DNA from: a virus
Lineage: Duplodnaviria > Caudoviricetes
DNA: 24,785 nucleotides
IMG/VR virus record: IMGVR_UViG_3300027777_000139
Location: 1 to 24,785 of that record
Reading direction: 5' to 3' (one strand)
Shown here piece after piece: positions 7,843 through 16,683 of the stretch. Under the pieces are notes generated by a model. It saw only the letters and a program-made list of their open reading frames with translations, had not been told where the DNA came from and did not search any database. Made by a program: the position numbers and the translations under genes. Within the stretch, counting starts at the first letter, position 1; every line of letters begins with the position of its first letter.

Positions 7843-10366
7843 TTTCGGCTCCTTGAGGTTGTGACGTTTCCGTCGGTTGTTGCATAGCCGCTTGTTGCAT
7901 GGCTGTTTCCTGCTCCAGTGCGTGCTTCTGCATGTCGTTAGCTTGCTCTGCGCCATGCATCTGCAAGGCGTTTTGCTGGGCTGTGTTTTGTTGAATCACT
8001 TGACCAGTGATCTTAGCGTTTTCTATTGCAATTTTGGCGGCTATCTCTTTGTCGTGCTCAGCAGATTGAGCAGATATTTTCAATTGTGCTTCTTGAGCAC
8101 GCTGTTGATCTGCCTGTGTCTTGCGTTGCGTCTCTGCCATGCTTGTGTCGTGAACGACCTGTGCATCTGGTGGCAGGTTCTGCTTGGCAGACTGTGCGCG
8201 CTGTTGTGCTTGCTGTATCAACTGCTGGAAGGCAGGTATGAACTGCTGGAACACTTCTTTAACATCCAACGTGATGTGGGCGCCAACCGTTGTGTACAAC
8301 TGGTCGATTACCGCGGTCATCTTTGGATCATCGTAGTTATCCACAGGCTTGCCCTTATTAGCTTGAGCCACATAGCCGTTAGAGCGGTTCAAGTACCACA
8401 AAGTCATGTGTTGCTTCAAATGCTCGATCAAGTGGTTTAGGTACTGTGGATCCGCAAATGGCGACTGTCCCAAGAATGGGTTTAAGCCAAACTGCAAGTG
8501 ATCCTGTATGTGAGCGATGTGATCCTGTTGCATGTACGCGTAGGCTGGCTGTCCAATCAGCATAGCCGCGTTTTCGTCAGCAGAAGTCCGCTGTTCAGGC
8601 GCAGGCACATCCTTCATCAACTCATTGATGTTAGGCACCTTCATCTGCTTGAGTGAACGAGACAACACAGCGCTCATGTTGAACTGGTCAGGATGCTTCT
8701 CAGCCAACTGAATCACAGCCTGCATCTGAGCCATACGCTGAGTCTCAGAGAAGATGTGTGGGTCAGAGACTGGCACCACGTCTGTGTTCTTTGAGAAGTC
8801 TTGGCGGTTGATCTCTAGATCTGCCACCACGTCAGACTTGCGCATCTCATCAAAGTGCCAACGGTTTAGGCGGCATAAGATTTTCAATACGCGTGCTTGG
8901 CTTTCGTGTAATCGTGCATGAATAGCACTAAACACCGCGGCGCCTTGCTCAATCAAAGCCTGTGTGGTGCCTACAGGCGCGTTAGCGTTGACGTCAGCGA
9001 TCTTTTCTTCACTGGTGGTCACTACCCCCTTGGCCGCGTTGTCAAGCCAGCCTAGGAGCTGGAATAGAACCGCGCTGGGTGGGTTAAAGGGCATAGGCAT
9101 AGCGATCTGGCGGATGTCTGTGACGCCCGGCGCGCCCTCTATCTCCACAATCTGCGTCACATCCACCGACTGACTCTGCCCCGACATCTTCGCTCCCTTG
9201 AGCTTGAGCATCGTCGCGGCGTTGTTAATGTGAGCACTATCCAAAAGGGCACGCAAAGAACCAGTAAGAGCGGCAGACAAGCCACCGATAAGATGAGGTA
9301 ACCCAATCGCATATGCGCCCCTCCAAGGAATAAACTTGAACTCCACAATCCAATCTAACTTGGTCATGGTTTCGTCTTGCTCTTCCCAGTTACGGTACAA
9401 ACCAATGACTTCGTTATCAAGTTCATCGATCATCAAGATGTAAGGCGCCATCTCACCCTTGGTGTACTTGTCGTCGTCCAACTCCAAGAAGGTGTAGACG
9501 TGATAGACCTTGCGCAGTCCATCTTCGTTGTCTTCCCACTTCTTGCCTTCAATCTTGTCGTTGGCTTTCTGTGGTCTTGTAAGCTCAGGTGACATGGTGG
9601 CTTGCACCATATCGATATCACGATACATGCCACTAGCTATACGTCGATTGAATTCCCAGTGCGTAATCTCATGCACTTCCGCCGCACGTTCTGCGGTGTA
9701 AAAGTTACTGGCCGCGAAGGGCAGAATCACACGATCGATAGGCAAAAACTCTACGCATGGGCGCTTTTTCTGCTCATCAAACCATAACTTAAAGTACTGT
9801 GAGCCACCTAGCGGTAATTGTGTAAGTAATTGTTCTTGTTCGTCACGGAATTCTTCGATCTGTTCGGTGATTTGCCAGTTGAGATAGTCACGCTTACGCT
9901 CTGCGCGCTCGGACTTGATCTCATCCATCTTGCCTAGGATTTTGGTTCGGACGGGGCCGTCAGGCGGAAACATCTCTTTAATAGCGCGTGCCGCGAAGTC
10001 CACACATCCTTCAGCCATAGAAGGGTGTACCACTTTGCTAGCGCCCATGAAGGTGGCACCGCCGGGCGCGTCATTCCCCATACCAGTGCGCCGAATACCC
10101 TCTTCATACTGCTTGTCTCTTTGCTCACGCGCATCTTTGTCCTTCTTCAGCAAATCAACGTACCGACTAGCCAACGTCATCAACTTGAAGTCGTCGTAGT
10201 CTTCAGCCATGTTGGCGTAGAAGTCTGGATTGGCCTCTGGGCCATCCTCCTCCATAGTAACTATGGCGCTACCGTCAGGCTGTTCTTCCGTTTCAATCTC
10301 AGGTAGATCTACTGCGGCACTGCCGTCTTCGTTCTCTGTGATCTGTGGGTCTAGTTCATCCATCAT
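7829..10366 (-). CDS. Portal protein with long Gln-rich C-terminal extension
   Basis: 845 aa; GASKVVHP...FxARAIKExFPPDGPVRTKILG, helical core, APVGTTxALIEQG, VVPVSDP motifs; between terminase and scaffold/capsid genes. Confidence 0.85.
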   Translation of the reverse strand: MMDELDPQITENEDGSAAVDLPEIETEEQPDGSAIVTMEEDGPEANPDFYANMAEDYDDFKLMTLASRYVDLLKKDKDAREQRDKQYEEGIRRTGMGNDAPGGATFMGASKVVHPSMAEGCVDFAARAIKEMFPPDGPVRTKILGKMDEIKSERAERKRDYLNWQITEQIEEFRDEQEQLLTQLPLGGSQYFKLWFDEQKKRPCVEFLPIDRVILPFAASNFYTAERAAEVHEITHWEFNRRIASGMYRDIDMVQATMSPELTRPQKANDKIEGKKWEDNEDGLRKVYHVYTFLELDDDKYTKGEMAPYILMIDELDNEVIGLYRNWEEQDETMTKLDWIVEFKFIPWRGAYAIGLPHLIGGLSAALTGSLRALLDSAHINNAATMLKLKGAKMSGQSQSVDVTQIVEIEGAPGVTDIRQIAMPMPFNPPSAVLFQLLGWLDNAAKGVVTTSEEKIADVNANAPVGTTQALIEQGAAVFSAIHARLHESQARVLKILCRLNRWHFDEMRKSDVVADLEINRQDFSKNTDVVPVSDPHIFSETQRMAQMQAVIQLAEKHPDQFNMSAVLSRSLKQMKVPNINELMKDVPAPEQRTSADENAAMLIGQPAYAYMQQDHIAHIQDHLQFGLNPFLGQSPFADPQYLNHLIEHLKQHMTLWYLNRSNGYVAQANKGKPVDNYDDPKMTAVIDQLYTTVGAHITLDVKEVFQQFIPAFQQLIQQAQQRAQSAKQNLPPDAQVVHDTSMAETQRKTQADQQRAQEAQLKISAQSAEHDKEIAAKIAIENAKITGQVIQQNTAQQNALQMHGAEQANDMQKHALEQETAMQQAAMQQPTETSQPQGAENGNI

Positions 10367-13300
10367 TTAGCTTTCTTTGTTCTGCGGCTTAATTCTAAGT
10401 TAATGGTATCCATATTTGTGGATAGGTTCACTTTGCCGCCTTTTTTATATCCATGTCTTTGCAAGTGTGTGAGAAATTCTTCAGACAAATGCTGTGACGG
10501 TGTATTGCGTGTTAAGTCCATAAAGCCAACATCACGTCCTTTTGCTTGTTTGATCTTGCCATGAAACTCAGGCAACATGATCTGACGTGGAACTGGATGG
10601 AACATCTGACCTAAGTCTTCTCCATGCAACATGTGAGGGAATGCTGGGTTTAGATCTGGTTGTACAGAACGCTGTCCACTCAACTGAAATAGGCGAGGGC
10701 CAATTGCGTGTGTAGGTGCACCAAGCAACTCAGGCTCTGTTGTGTCGGCCACTGTCTTGTCGTAGTTCAAGATTTGCCCCTTCTTACCACCCACAGCTTT
10801 ACCGCCCATTAAGTCAGCCATAACGCGACGTTGATCGAAAGTATTGAGGTTTTTAAAGAAGTTCTTGCTTGCAATGTCTGCGTTAGAAAAGATTGGCTTG
10901 CCTTCGCTGTCTGCCGCCATGGCCAATTGAGCATTGATGCGATCACGCAATTCAGGCGTCATCTTGCCAGACTTAATACCACTCTTGAACTGCTTCATCA
11001 GCATATCAAACACCATTTGGTTTGATGTGTGTTGGTTAGGAGCGCCGAGCAATGTAGACCACAACACATCACCCTCTGGGTGAGCGGCATTGGCGTTAGC
11101 GATCTTGGAGGCGGCGCCTGATGAGTTCACGCCCCACGCGACGTCTTTGTGTGAAGGGTAAAGGTGTTGCAGACCAGAAAACCCCGGGCCTCCGAGGAAC
11201 CCGCCACCCACCTTTGTGCGATCAGACTGTGTAACCTTCAAATGCTTTCCCTCATGCTTACCCAACGCCTCCGATGCCTTTGTGACTTTAGGTCTGAACT
11301 TGTCTGGGCTCTTCTGCGTAGGGCTTGCCGATCCGCCTTCTTTAAATCCATAGTCAGCCAAGTTTTGTTTCTGCATACGTGGCAGATCTTTTGCCTTTGC
11401 CGCCTTGTTGATTGCTTTGACTTCCTTGTCATGCAATATACGGTTGACCTTCATCGCTCCACCAATCAGCCAGTTGCCTGTCATGTTGGAATTGGTCTTG
11501 TATCTGTAGTGACCGCCCTTGGGGATCTGGTCAGTGATGTGTGCTTCGCGTGCGATCAGCTTGCCCTTGGGGTTCATGCCACGCTCATTGGCTTCTGTTT
11601 GCCAATCGACATCGTTAGGCATCTCGACCTCAGCCCATACGTGGTTGTGGGGACGGACGTCTGGTGCTGTTAGTTCAGGGTCAGACTTCTCACCGATGTG
11701 GGTAGCGACGGGTAGATCACCAGCGTGCCAACCGGGTCGATACGCCAGCGGGCCAATCTTGCTCTTCACCTTGCTACCAGCCATCTCACCCTCTTGAGCG
11801 TCCACCCATTTGTTCATCTCTACGGGATCGTTGGCGTTGACAAAAAGAGGGAACAACTTGCCGGGATGCTTCTTGTGTACGCGGAACAATTTGTACGCCT
11901 TAACCGTGCTCTTTGGTTCCTTAGAAGACTTTTTTCCTGCACGCCCTCCATCAGCATATCCATGGTCATGCGTCATACATGGCGTGCCCTTGGACTTCAT
12001 CTCTTGCTTCATCTTCTCAATAGAACCACCCTTAGCAATTTGCTGTACGTTATCGATATTAAATGTAGTAACACCGTTGTCTGGCTTCCATCCATTGTCT
12101 ACTGGAGCCATGTTGTCACTTCCACCAATCTTGTATGGTGCAGGTACAGATCCGCCCACAGCCATGCGTGGAGGCGCCTGTGGTGGGCTCATAGCGTTCA
12201 ATGCTTGCCCTTGCTTAGTCATCTGCAAGATGTTGCTTGGTGGCTGTGGAGATGGTGCTCCTGCGCCCAAAGGGGAGGGCATACCACCAGCTTGTGGGGG
12301 CTGGCCTTGTGGCGCTCCTTGTGGTGGAGCCATGCCAGCAGGCATTAACTGTTGGCCGCCTTGTTGTTGGCTCATATCAATGCCGCCGATAGGCAATGGC
12401 TGGTCACCCATGCTCACACCACCTACAGGTAGTTCACCGCCAGATGGTGGGACATAAGCCTTGACGTTCATGCTAGGCGCTTCGTTAGCACCGATGGTAG
12501 ATAAGTCAGACAGGCTTACAGGCTTCTTGCCTATTAGCTCTGCACGCATTTGATTCATTGATGGCACAGCACCGCCGACGGCTTTGTTGATCACCATCTT
12601 GTTGAGCTTCTTGCCAGTCTTCTCTTGTGTGTAGTAAGAGTTGTGGCCAGCCTTACGTAGCCCCATCTGTACGCGTGGGTCTTCCATGTGCTTGTAGCTA
12701 CCAGAGGAAAGCACTTCGCCTAAGCGTGTATGGGCTTCAGGCAGATCTTTAAAGTCTTTGTGCTTGGATACATGCCCAGCAACTGTACTTACATGCTCAG
12801 GGTTCTCATAGTCAAATGGGTTCACAGCGCCTCCTTCGGCTTTACGTATTATCCCGCCATTCGCTTTGTTTAGATTCCTACTAGCGAATGCGCTTTCTTC
12901 TTCAGGTGTTAAAGCTTCTATATCTTCTTTGTTCAAATATCTTTTGCCCCACTTGTGCAATTCAGCGTTATGTATGTCACCAACGTCAGACCAATTACCA
13001 CTCTTTACAAAGTCTTGAACAAATGGAATGTAATCCTTCTTGGGCTTCTTATTGCCCTTGCCTTTGATCTGAACAATCTGTTGTGGCACCTCACCCATAT
13101 GGGACTTGATGGCGTTGCTTAGTGCCTGCCCCCAAGTAAATCTATCCTCTTCTGGGGTACGCTTTTGTTTTGTCGCCTCGTGCTCAGCAAGCGCTTGCTT
13201 TGTAATTGCATCTTGCAATTCTTCAGGTTGACTTGTGAACCAATCAGTTTCGTACTTGCTTCGCGCTTGGTTAGGTCTAACCTCAATCGTTACGTGTGGT

Positions 13301-15144
13301 TCATTATTGGCATCACGCAAGCTGAAGATGCGTGTACGGCCTTCCAGCACGTCAGGGCAATATCCACCAACGCAATGACCCATGGTGTTGCCTTCGTACT
13401 TGAGGGCTTCCTCAAGAGCTTTTTCATCTTCAGCACCAATCGTTGATTTTTCATGCGCCACCTTGAGGGCTTCTTCTTTTGTTTCACCAAGGTATCTACG
13501 GGTTCTTTGAGGATCAAGAATGCTTGGGCCTTCTAAGCGCTCATAACCACTTTTTGGCTCAACCCATCTAAATCCTTCTGGCAATGGTTTGTTGACATCA
13601 ATCTTTGGCTTGGCCAACTCAATCCACTTGTAACCTTCTGGATACTCTTTGTGGACTGCCATGCCTTCGGTAGCCTTGAGAGCCGTCTCAGCCATAGCCT
13701 TCTTCTTCTCTTGATCGTACTCATGTGCACGACGTACAGCCTGCTCAATGCTGACCTTATTCAACTGCTCAGGACGAATACGCCCACTGGCTAAGTCTTC
13801 TTTTAATACATCCACCAAGTGATCAAAGCCCAAACTACTGGCTTGCATGTTACTGCTTGCATGTAACAACTTAGTGCTTGGGTCAGCCTTCTCCATCCAA
13901 GGTTCTTGGAATCGCTTGTGTAACTTCTCTATCGATGTAGGAGTAATCGCTACGTCTGCGGCATCTTCCCAAGCCTTTGCCTCTTCTGACTTGCCAAAGC
14001 TCTCACCACCATGAGTAGTCCGATGTTCGCCAGCTTTGTATCTGTTTATTCCAACTTGTTCGCTAGGAATGTGGACGATGCCTTGCTCCGCTAGGTTGCG
14101 GATTGGATCGTTTTGTGTGGCCATCTGCTTTTTGATGTAGTTGCCTAAGTTGCTCTGAATCCATTTGTTCAGGTGAACCTTGTGCTCTAGCTCTGTCTTT
14201 TGGCGAGGAATCATCTCGCGGACATTGGGCTGTGTCTGTGCTACTTGCTCGATTGCTTCTGGTGTCCACTTTTGGTTCATCTCTGCCAAAGTCTCAGCAG
14301 GGTCGCTTCCCACCGCTGTTCTTTGCTTCAATGGATGCAAGACTTGCTCAACGGATCCGCTCACCCAATTGCGTGGGCCTTGGCCTCCGATAGCAAGGTG
14401 AGCTACACCGCCTTTGGACTTCCTGTTCATCAGCTCAAGGCGCATCCTGTCCATGTCTACTTGACCGCCGTTGGCTTTGCGCTGTGCTATTAGTTTCTTT
14501 AACTCTTCAAGACGTTGTGCGTGGCGTTTGTCCATGTCAACGTACTGCCTGTCAAACTCACCTTCGTTAATATTGCCCAGTGCTTTCTGCGCATCAAACT
14601 CAACAGGCCGTGGCTCCATGCCAATCGCTTTTCTGGCCGCATTAGCTATGTGAATTTTGGCATCGTTGACATCGTTTGCATTTGTACCTGATGTTTTAAT
14701 CGCCGAGCTTATGTTATTGATTACAGACTCATTCAAAGGGTTGTACACGTTTCGCTCGAATGTCTTCTGCGCCAACTGGCGGAACGGCAACATGGCGTCT
14801 AAGCCTCGTTGGATATGCGGCGCTATGTATCTGTTGAACTGCTCAGGAATAGTAGGTGCTCGATCTCTAAGCGCCTCATTTAAGTCATCCAAGCTGATGC
14901 TGTTGGAGCCACCTACATCAAAGCGCCTGATCGATCCGCCCTCTGCCGCCAATGGATACTGGTCGCCAGTATCTGCCGCACTCAATGGGCGCAGAGGCTG
15001 TATCTTCTTAGCCTCCTCCTCCATACGCTTAGATCCGATCTCACGTCGGCGGTAGGCTTCAGCATCAGGCACCATAAGAGCACGTAGCCTTGCTAGCTCT
15101 GCTTTGATGTGTGGGGGCATGGGAACGGATTGGTTGTCAGCCAC
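10363..15144 (-). CDS. Large modular (polyvalent-type) protein, 1593 aa, with a PcfJ-like domain; putative packaged/ejected protein
   Basis: Single long ORF; AAGGA upstream; ATGA overlap with portal; PcfJ-type signature EGNTMGHCVGGY...IFSLRD...PHVTIEV...QIKGKGN; 14 linker xxxGG motifs. Confidence 0.75.
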   Translation of the reverse strand: MADNQSVPMPPHIKAELARLRALMVPDAEAYRRREIGSKRMEEEAKKIQPLRPLSAADTGDQYPLAAEGGSIRRFDVGGSNSISLDDLNEALRDRAPTIPEQFNRYIAPHIQRGLDAMLPFRQLAQKTFERNVYNPLNESVINNISSAIKTSGTNANDVNDAKIHIANAARKAIGMEPRPVEFDAQKALGNINEGEFDRQYVDMDKRHAQRLEELKKLIAQRKANGGQVDMDRMRLELMNRKSKGGVAHLAIGGQGPRNWVSGSVEQVLHPLKQRTAVGSDPAETLAEMNQKWTPEAIEQVAQTQPNVREMIPRQKTELEHKVHLNKWIQSNLGNYIKKQMATQNDPIRNLAEQGIVHIPSEQVGINRYKAGEHRTTHGGESFGKSEEAKAWEDAADVAITPTSIEKLHKRFQEPWMEKADPSTKLLHASSNMQASSLGFDHLVDVLKEDLASGRIRPEQLNKVSIEQAVRRAHEYDQEKKKAMAETALKATEGMAVHKEYPEGYKWIELAKPKIDVNKPLPEGFRWVEPKSGYERLEGPSILDPQRTRRYLGETKEEALKVAHEKSTIGAEDEKALEEALKYEGNTMGHCVGGYCPDVLEGRTRIFSLRDANNEPHVTIEVRPNQARSKYETDWFTSQPEELQDAITKQALAEHEATKQKRTPEEDRFTWGQALSNAIKSHMGEVPQQIVQIKGKGNKKPKKDYIPFVQDFVKSGNWSDVGDIHNAELHKWGKRYLNKEDIEALTPEEESAFASRNLNKANGGIIRKAEGGAVNPFDYENPEHVSTVAGHVSKHKDFKDLPEAHTRLGEVLSSGSYKHMEDPRVQMGLRKAGHNSYYTQEKTGKKLNKMVINKAVGGAVPSMNQMRAELIGKKPVSLSDLSTIGANEAPSMNVKAYVPPSGGELPVGGVSMGDQPLPIGGIDMSQQQGGQQLMPAGMAPPQGAPQGQPPQAGGMPSPLGAGAPSPQPPSNILQMTKQGQALNAMSPPQAPPRMAVGGSVPAPYKIGGSDNMAPVDNGWKPDNGVTTFNIDNVQQIAKGGSIEKMKQEMKSKGTPCMTHDHGYADGGRAGKKSSKEPKSTVKAYKLFRVHKKHPGKLFPLFVNANDPVEMNKWVDAQEGEMAGSKVKSKIGPLAYRPGWHAGDLPVATHIGEKSDPELTAPDVRPHNHVWAEVEMPNDVDWQTEANERGMNPKGKLIAREAHITDQIPKGGHYRYKTNSNMTGNWLIGGAMKVNRILHDKEVKAINKAAKAKDLPRMQKQNLADYGFKEGGSASPTQKSPDKFRPKVTKASEALGKHEGKHLKVTQSDRTKVGGGFLGGPGFSGLQHLYPSHKDVAWGVNSSGAASKIANANAAHPEGDVLWSTLLGAPNQHTSNQMVFDMLMKQFKSGIKSGKMTPELRDRINAQLAMAADSEGKPIFSNADIASKNFFKNLNTFDQRRVMADLMGGKAVGGKKGQILNYDKTVADTTEPELLGAPTHAIGPRLFQLSGQRSVQPDLNPAFPHMLHGEDLGQMFHPVPRQIMLPEFHGKIKQAKGRDVGFMDLTRNTPSQHLSEEFLTHLQRHGYKKGGKVNLSTNMDTINLELSRRTKKAK

Positions 15145-15172
15145 GGCTATTCCTTCATTGTGGGATGCATCG

Positions 15173-15201
15173 ATTATGCCTTTGCAACTATGTCAAGTCT
15201 A
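15173..15201 (-). promoter_or_regulatory. Possible sigma70-type promoter for the 1593-aa/portal operon
   Basis: Minus strand TAGACT-N17-CATAAT in the intergenic gap after terminase. A perfect TTGACA also occurs, but only 12 nt from the CATAAT. Confidence 0.4.
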
Positions 15202-15255
15202 GGGGTGAACTGGGTTCATCCCTAATTGTTGTGCCGCGAACTGGGTTCACCCCTA
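15200..15255. repeat. Combined inverted and direct repeat
   Basis: TAGGGGTGAAC (15200-15210) is complementary to GTTCATCCCTA (15214-15224, 1 mismatch) and to GTTCACCCCTA (15245-15255, perfect); 18-nt direct repeat at 15207-15224 and 15238-15255. Confidence 0.85.
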
Positions 15256-16683
15256 CTCAGCATATGGGTTGCCCTTCTTACGCTTGTTGTACTCCTCAGC
15301 GTCGAAGATGTCATCATCGTCGTAGTCATCACGCGGTGCCACATCAATGCTGATCCATCCAGCATCCCTCATGTACCGTAAGCCCTGACTGATGCAGTCT
15401 ACAAACTCGTCGTGTACTGTCTCAGGGAAGGAGCAGATCTGGCTCACCATGCCTTCAGCCCAGTCCCTCACGTAGCCTTTGCGTTGGCTGTGCTCTGGCA
15501 CCCAAACACGGCCAGCTTTAATGATGTTGGCCACGATGCTGAGCCTTTGCGTCTTGTCAGCGCGACCGGGGTTATAGGGCATCACGGGTAGGTGCGCACG
15601 TTGCAAGTCTTGTATAAGACTTATGCCAGCGCTCTTATCTTCCACCAGCAATAGGTCAACGCGTTTCTTCTCACGTCCATCGCCATAGAACACCTCGAAC
15701 TCCTCGATCACTTTGGGGCGTAGGTCAGGATACTGTAGGTGCTCCTGCCAGCAGTCCAGCACCAGCACGCACATGCCACCATCCAATGGCTTGAATGCAC
15801 CCAGTGTGATGCATCCTGTAGGGTCGTTGATGGTCTTGTCGCTGGTCGCGCAGTCATAGGACTGGATGATGTACTCCAGCTTGGGGAAGGGCTTGCCATC
15901 TGGCCACAGGCGGAACCAATCACGCTTGACTATGCCACCCTCTTCAGGGTCGATGATCTCCGCATGGATCTCCTGACGGCCTAGGTTGGTGCCCTCGTAC
16001 TGCAAGATCTGCTTCTGGAACGATGGAGCTAGGTTCTTGATGTTGCTGTACGTGCTGGCGCGCGTGATAGTCACGTCGTCACCCTCACGTCCTATCAGGT
16101 CGAGCACCACGTCCTTTGGCTTAGGCGTGGTCGAGCATATGAGCTTAGTACGGTTGCCCAGACGTATACCGAACTGGATCATGTCCCACGACTCTTGCAG
16201 GTAGTCCCAAGCCGCAAGCTCGTCTAGCCATCCACCGTGGAACTGCGGACCGCGGAAGCGCTCTGGCTCCGACGCTGGTATGCCTTTGATAAACGATCCA
16301 TTGATAAGCCTGATCTCGTGCAGTGCTTTGTTGTAGTCGGCTACCAGTTCCTTTGGTATGACGTTGAGCAGTCCAGAGTCACCCTCGAAGCAGGTGCCCT
16401 TCACGTCTCCGCTAGTAGGCGCTGATACAAGCCATCTGGTATTAGGTTGCTCCCATGCCCACCATGCTAGCGTCTCTGCCGCCGCTCTAGTCTTACCAGC
16501 ACCACGGCCAGCCAGCATTAGCCATATGCTCCACCAATCACCGTTAGGCTCTATCTGATGCTTGTGTGCCTGTGTGCTCAGCCACTTCAACTGCCAGTTG
16601 ATGACAGTCTGCTCGATAGGCGTCCTAAGAGCAAACTCCTCAATGACCGCGGGGTCGGAGAGGATCTCGTCTAAGGCGCTCAT
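15253..16683 (-). CDS. terL: Terminase large subunit
   Basis: Walker A AGRGAGKT, RFRGPQFH, Walker B GWLDE, STTPK coupling motif, RNase H-like nuclease acidic motifs SYDCA, VEDKSAG, HDEFVD. Confidence 0.95.
   Translation of the reverse strand: MSALDEILSDPAVIEEFALRTPIEQTVINWQLKWLSTQAHKHQIEPNGDWWSIWLMLAGRGAGKTRAAAETLAWWAWEQPNTRWLVSAPTSGDVKGTCFEGDSGLLNVIPKELVADYNKALHEIRLINGSFIKGIPASEPERFRGPQFHGGWLDELAAWDYLQESWDMIQFGIRLGNRTKLICSTTPKPKDVVLDLIGREGDDVTITRASTYSNIKNLAPSFQKQILQYEGTNLGRQEIHAEIIDPEEGGIVKRDWFRLWPDGKPFPKLEYIIQSYDCATSDKTINDPTGCITLGAFKPLDGGMCVLVLDCWQEHLQYPDLRPKVIEEFEVFYGDGREKKRVDLLLVEDKSAGISLIQDLQRAHLPVMPYNPGRADKTQRLSIVANIIKAGRVWVPEHSQRKGYVRDWAEGMVSQICSFPETVHDEFVDCISQGLRYMRDAGWISIDVAPRDDYDDDDIFDAEEYNKRKKGNPYAE

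Noticed and set aside
15200-15255. Mini-CRISPR or transposon end interpretation of the repeat
   Set aside because: Only two 18-nt copies with a 13-nt spacer; no cas or transposase genes and no partner end in the window.
1054-15270. Shared C-terminal NPYA in the 139-aa structural protein and TerL
   Set aside because: A four-residue match in two proteins; chance cannot be excluded.
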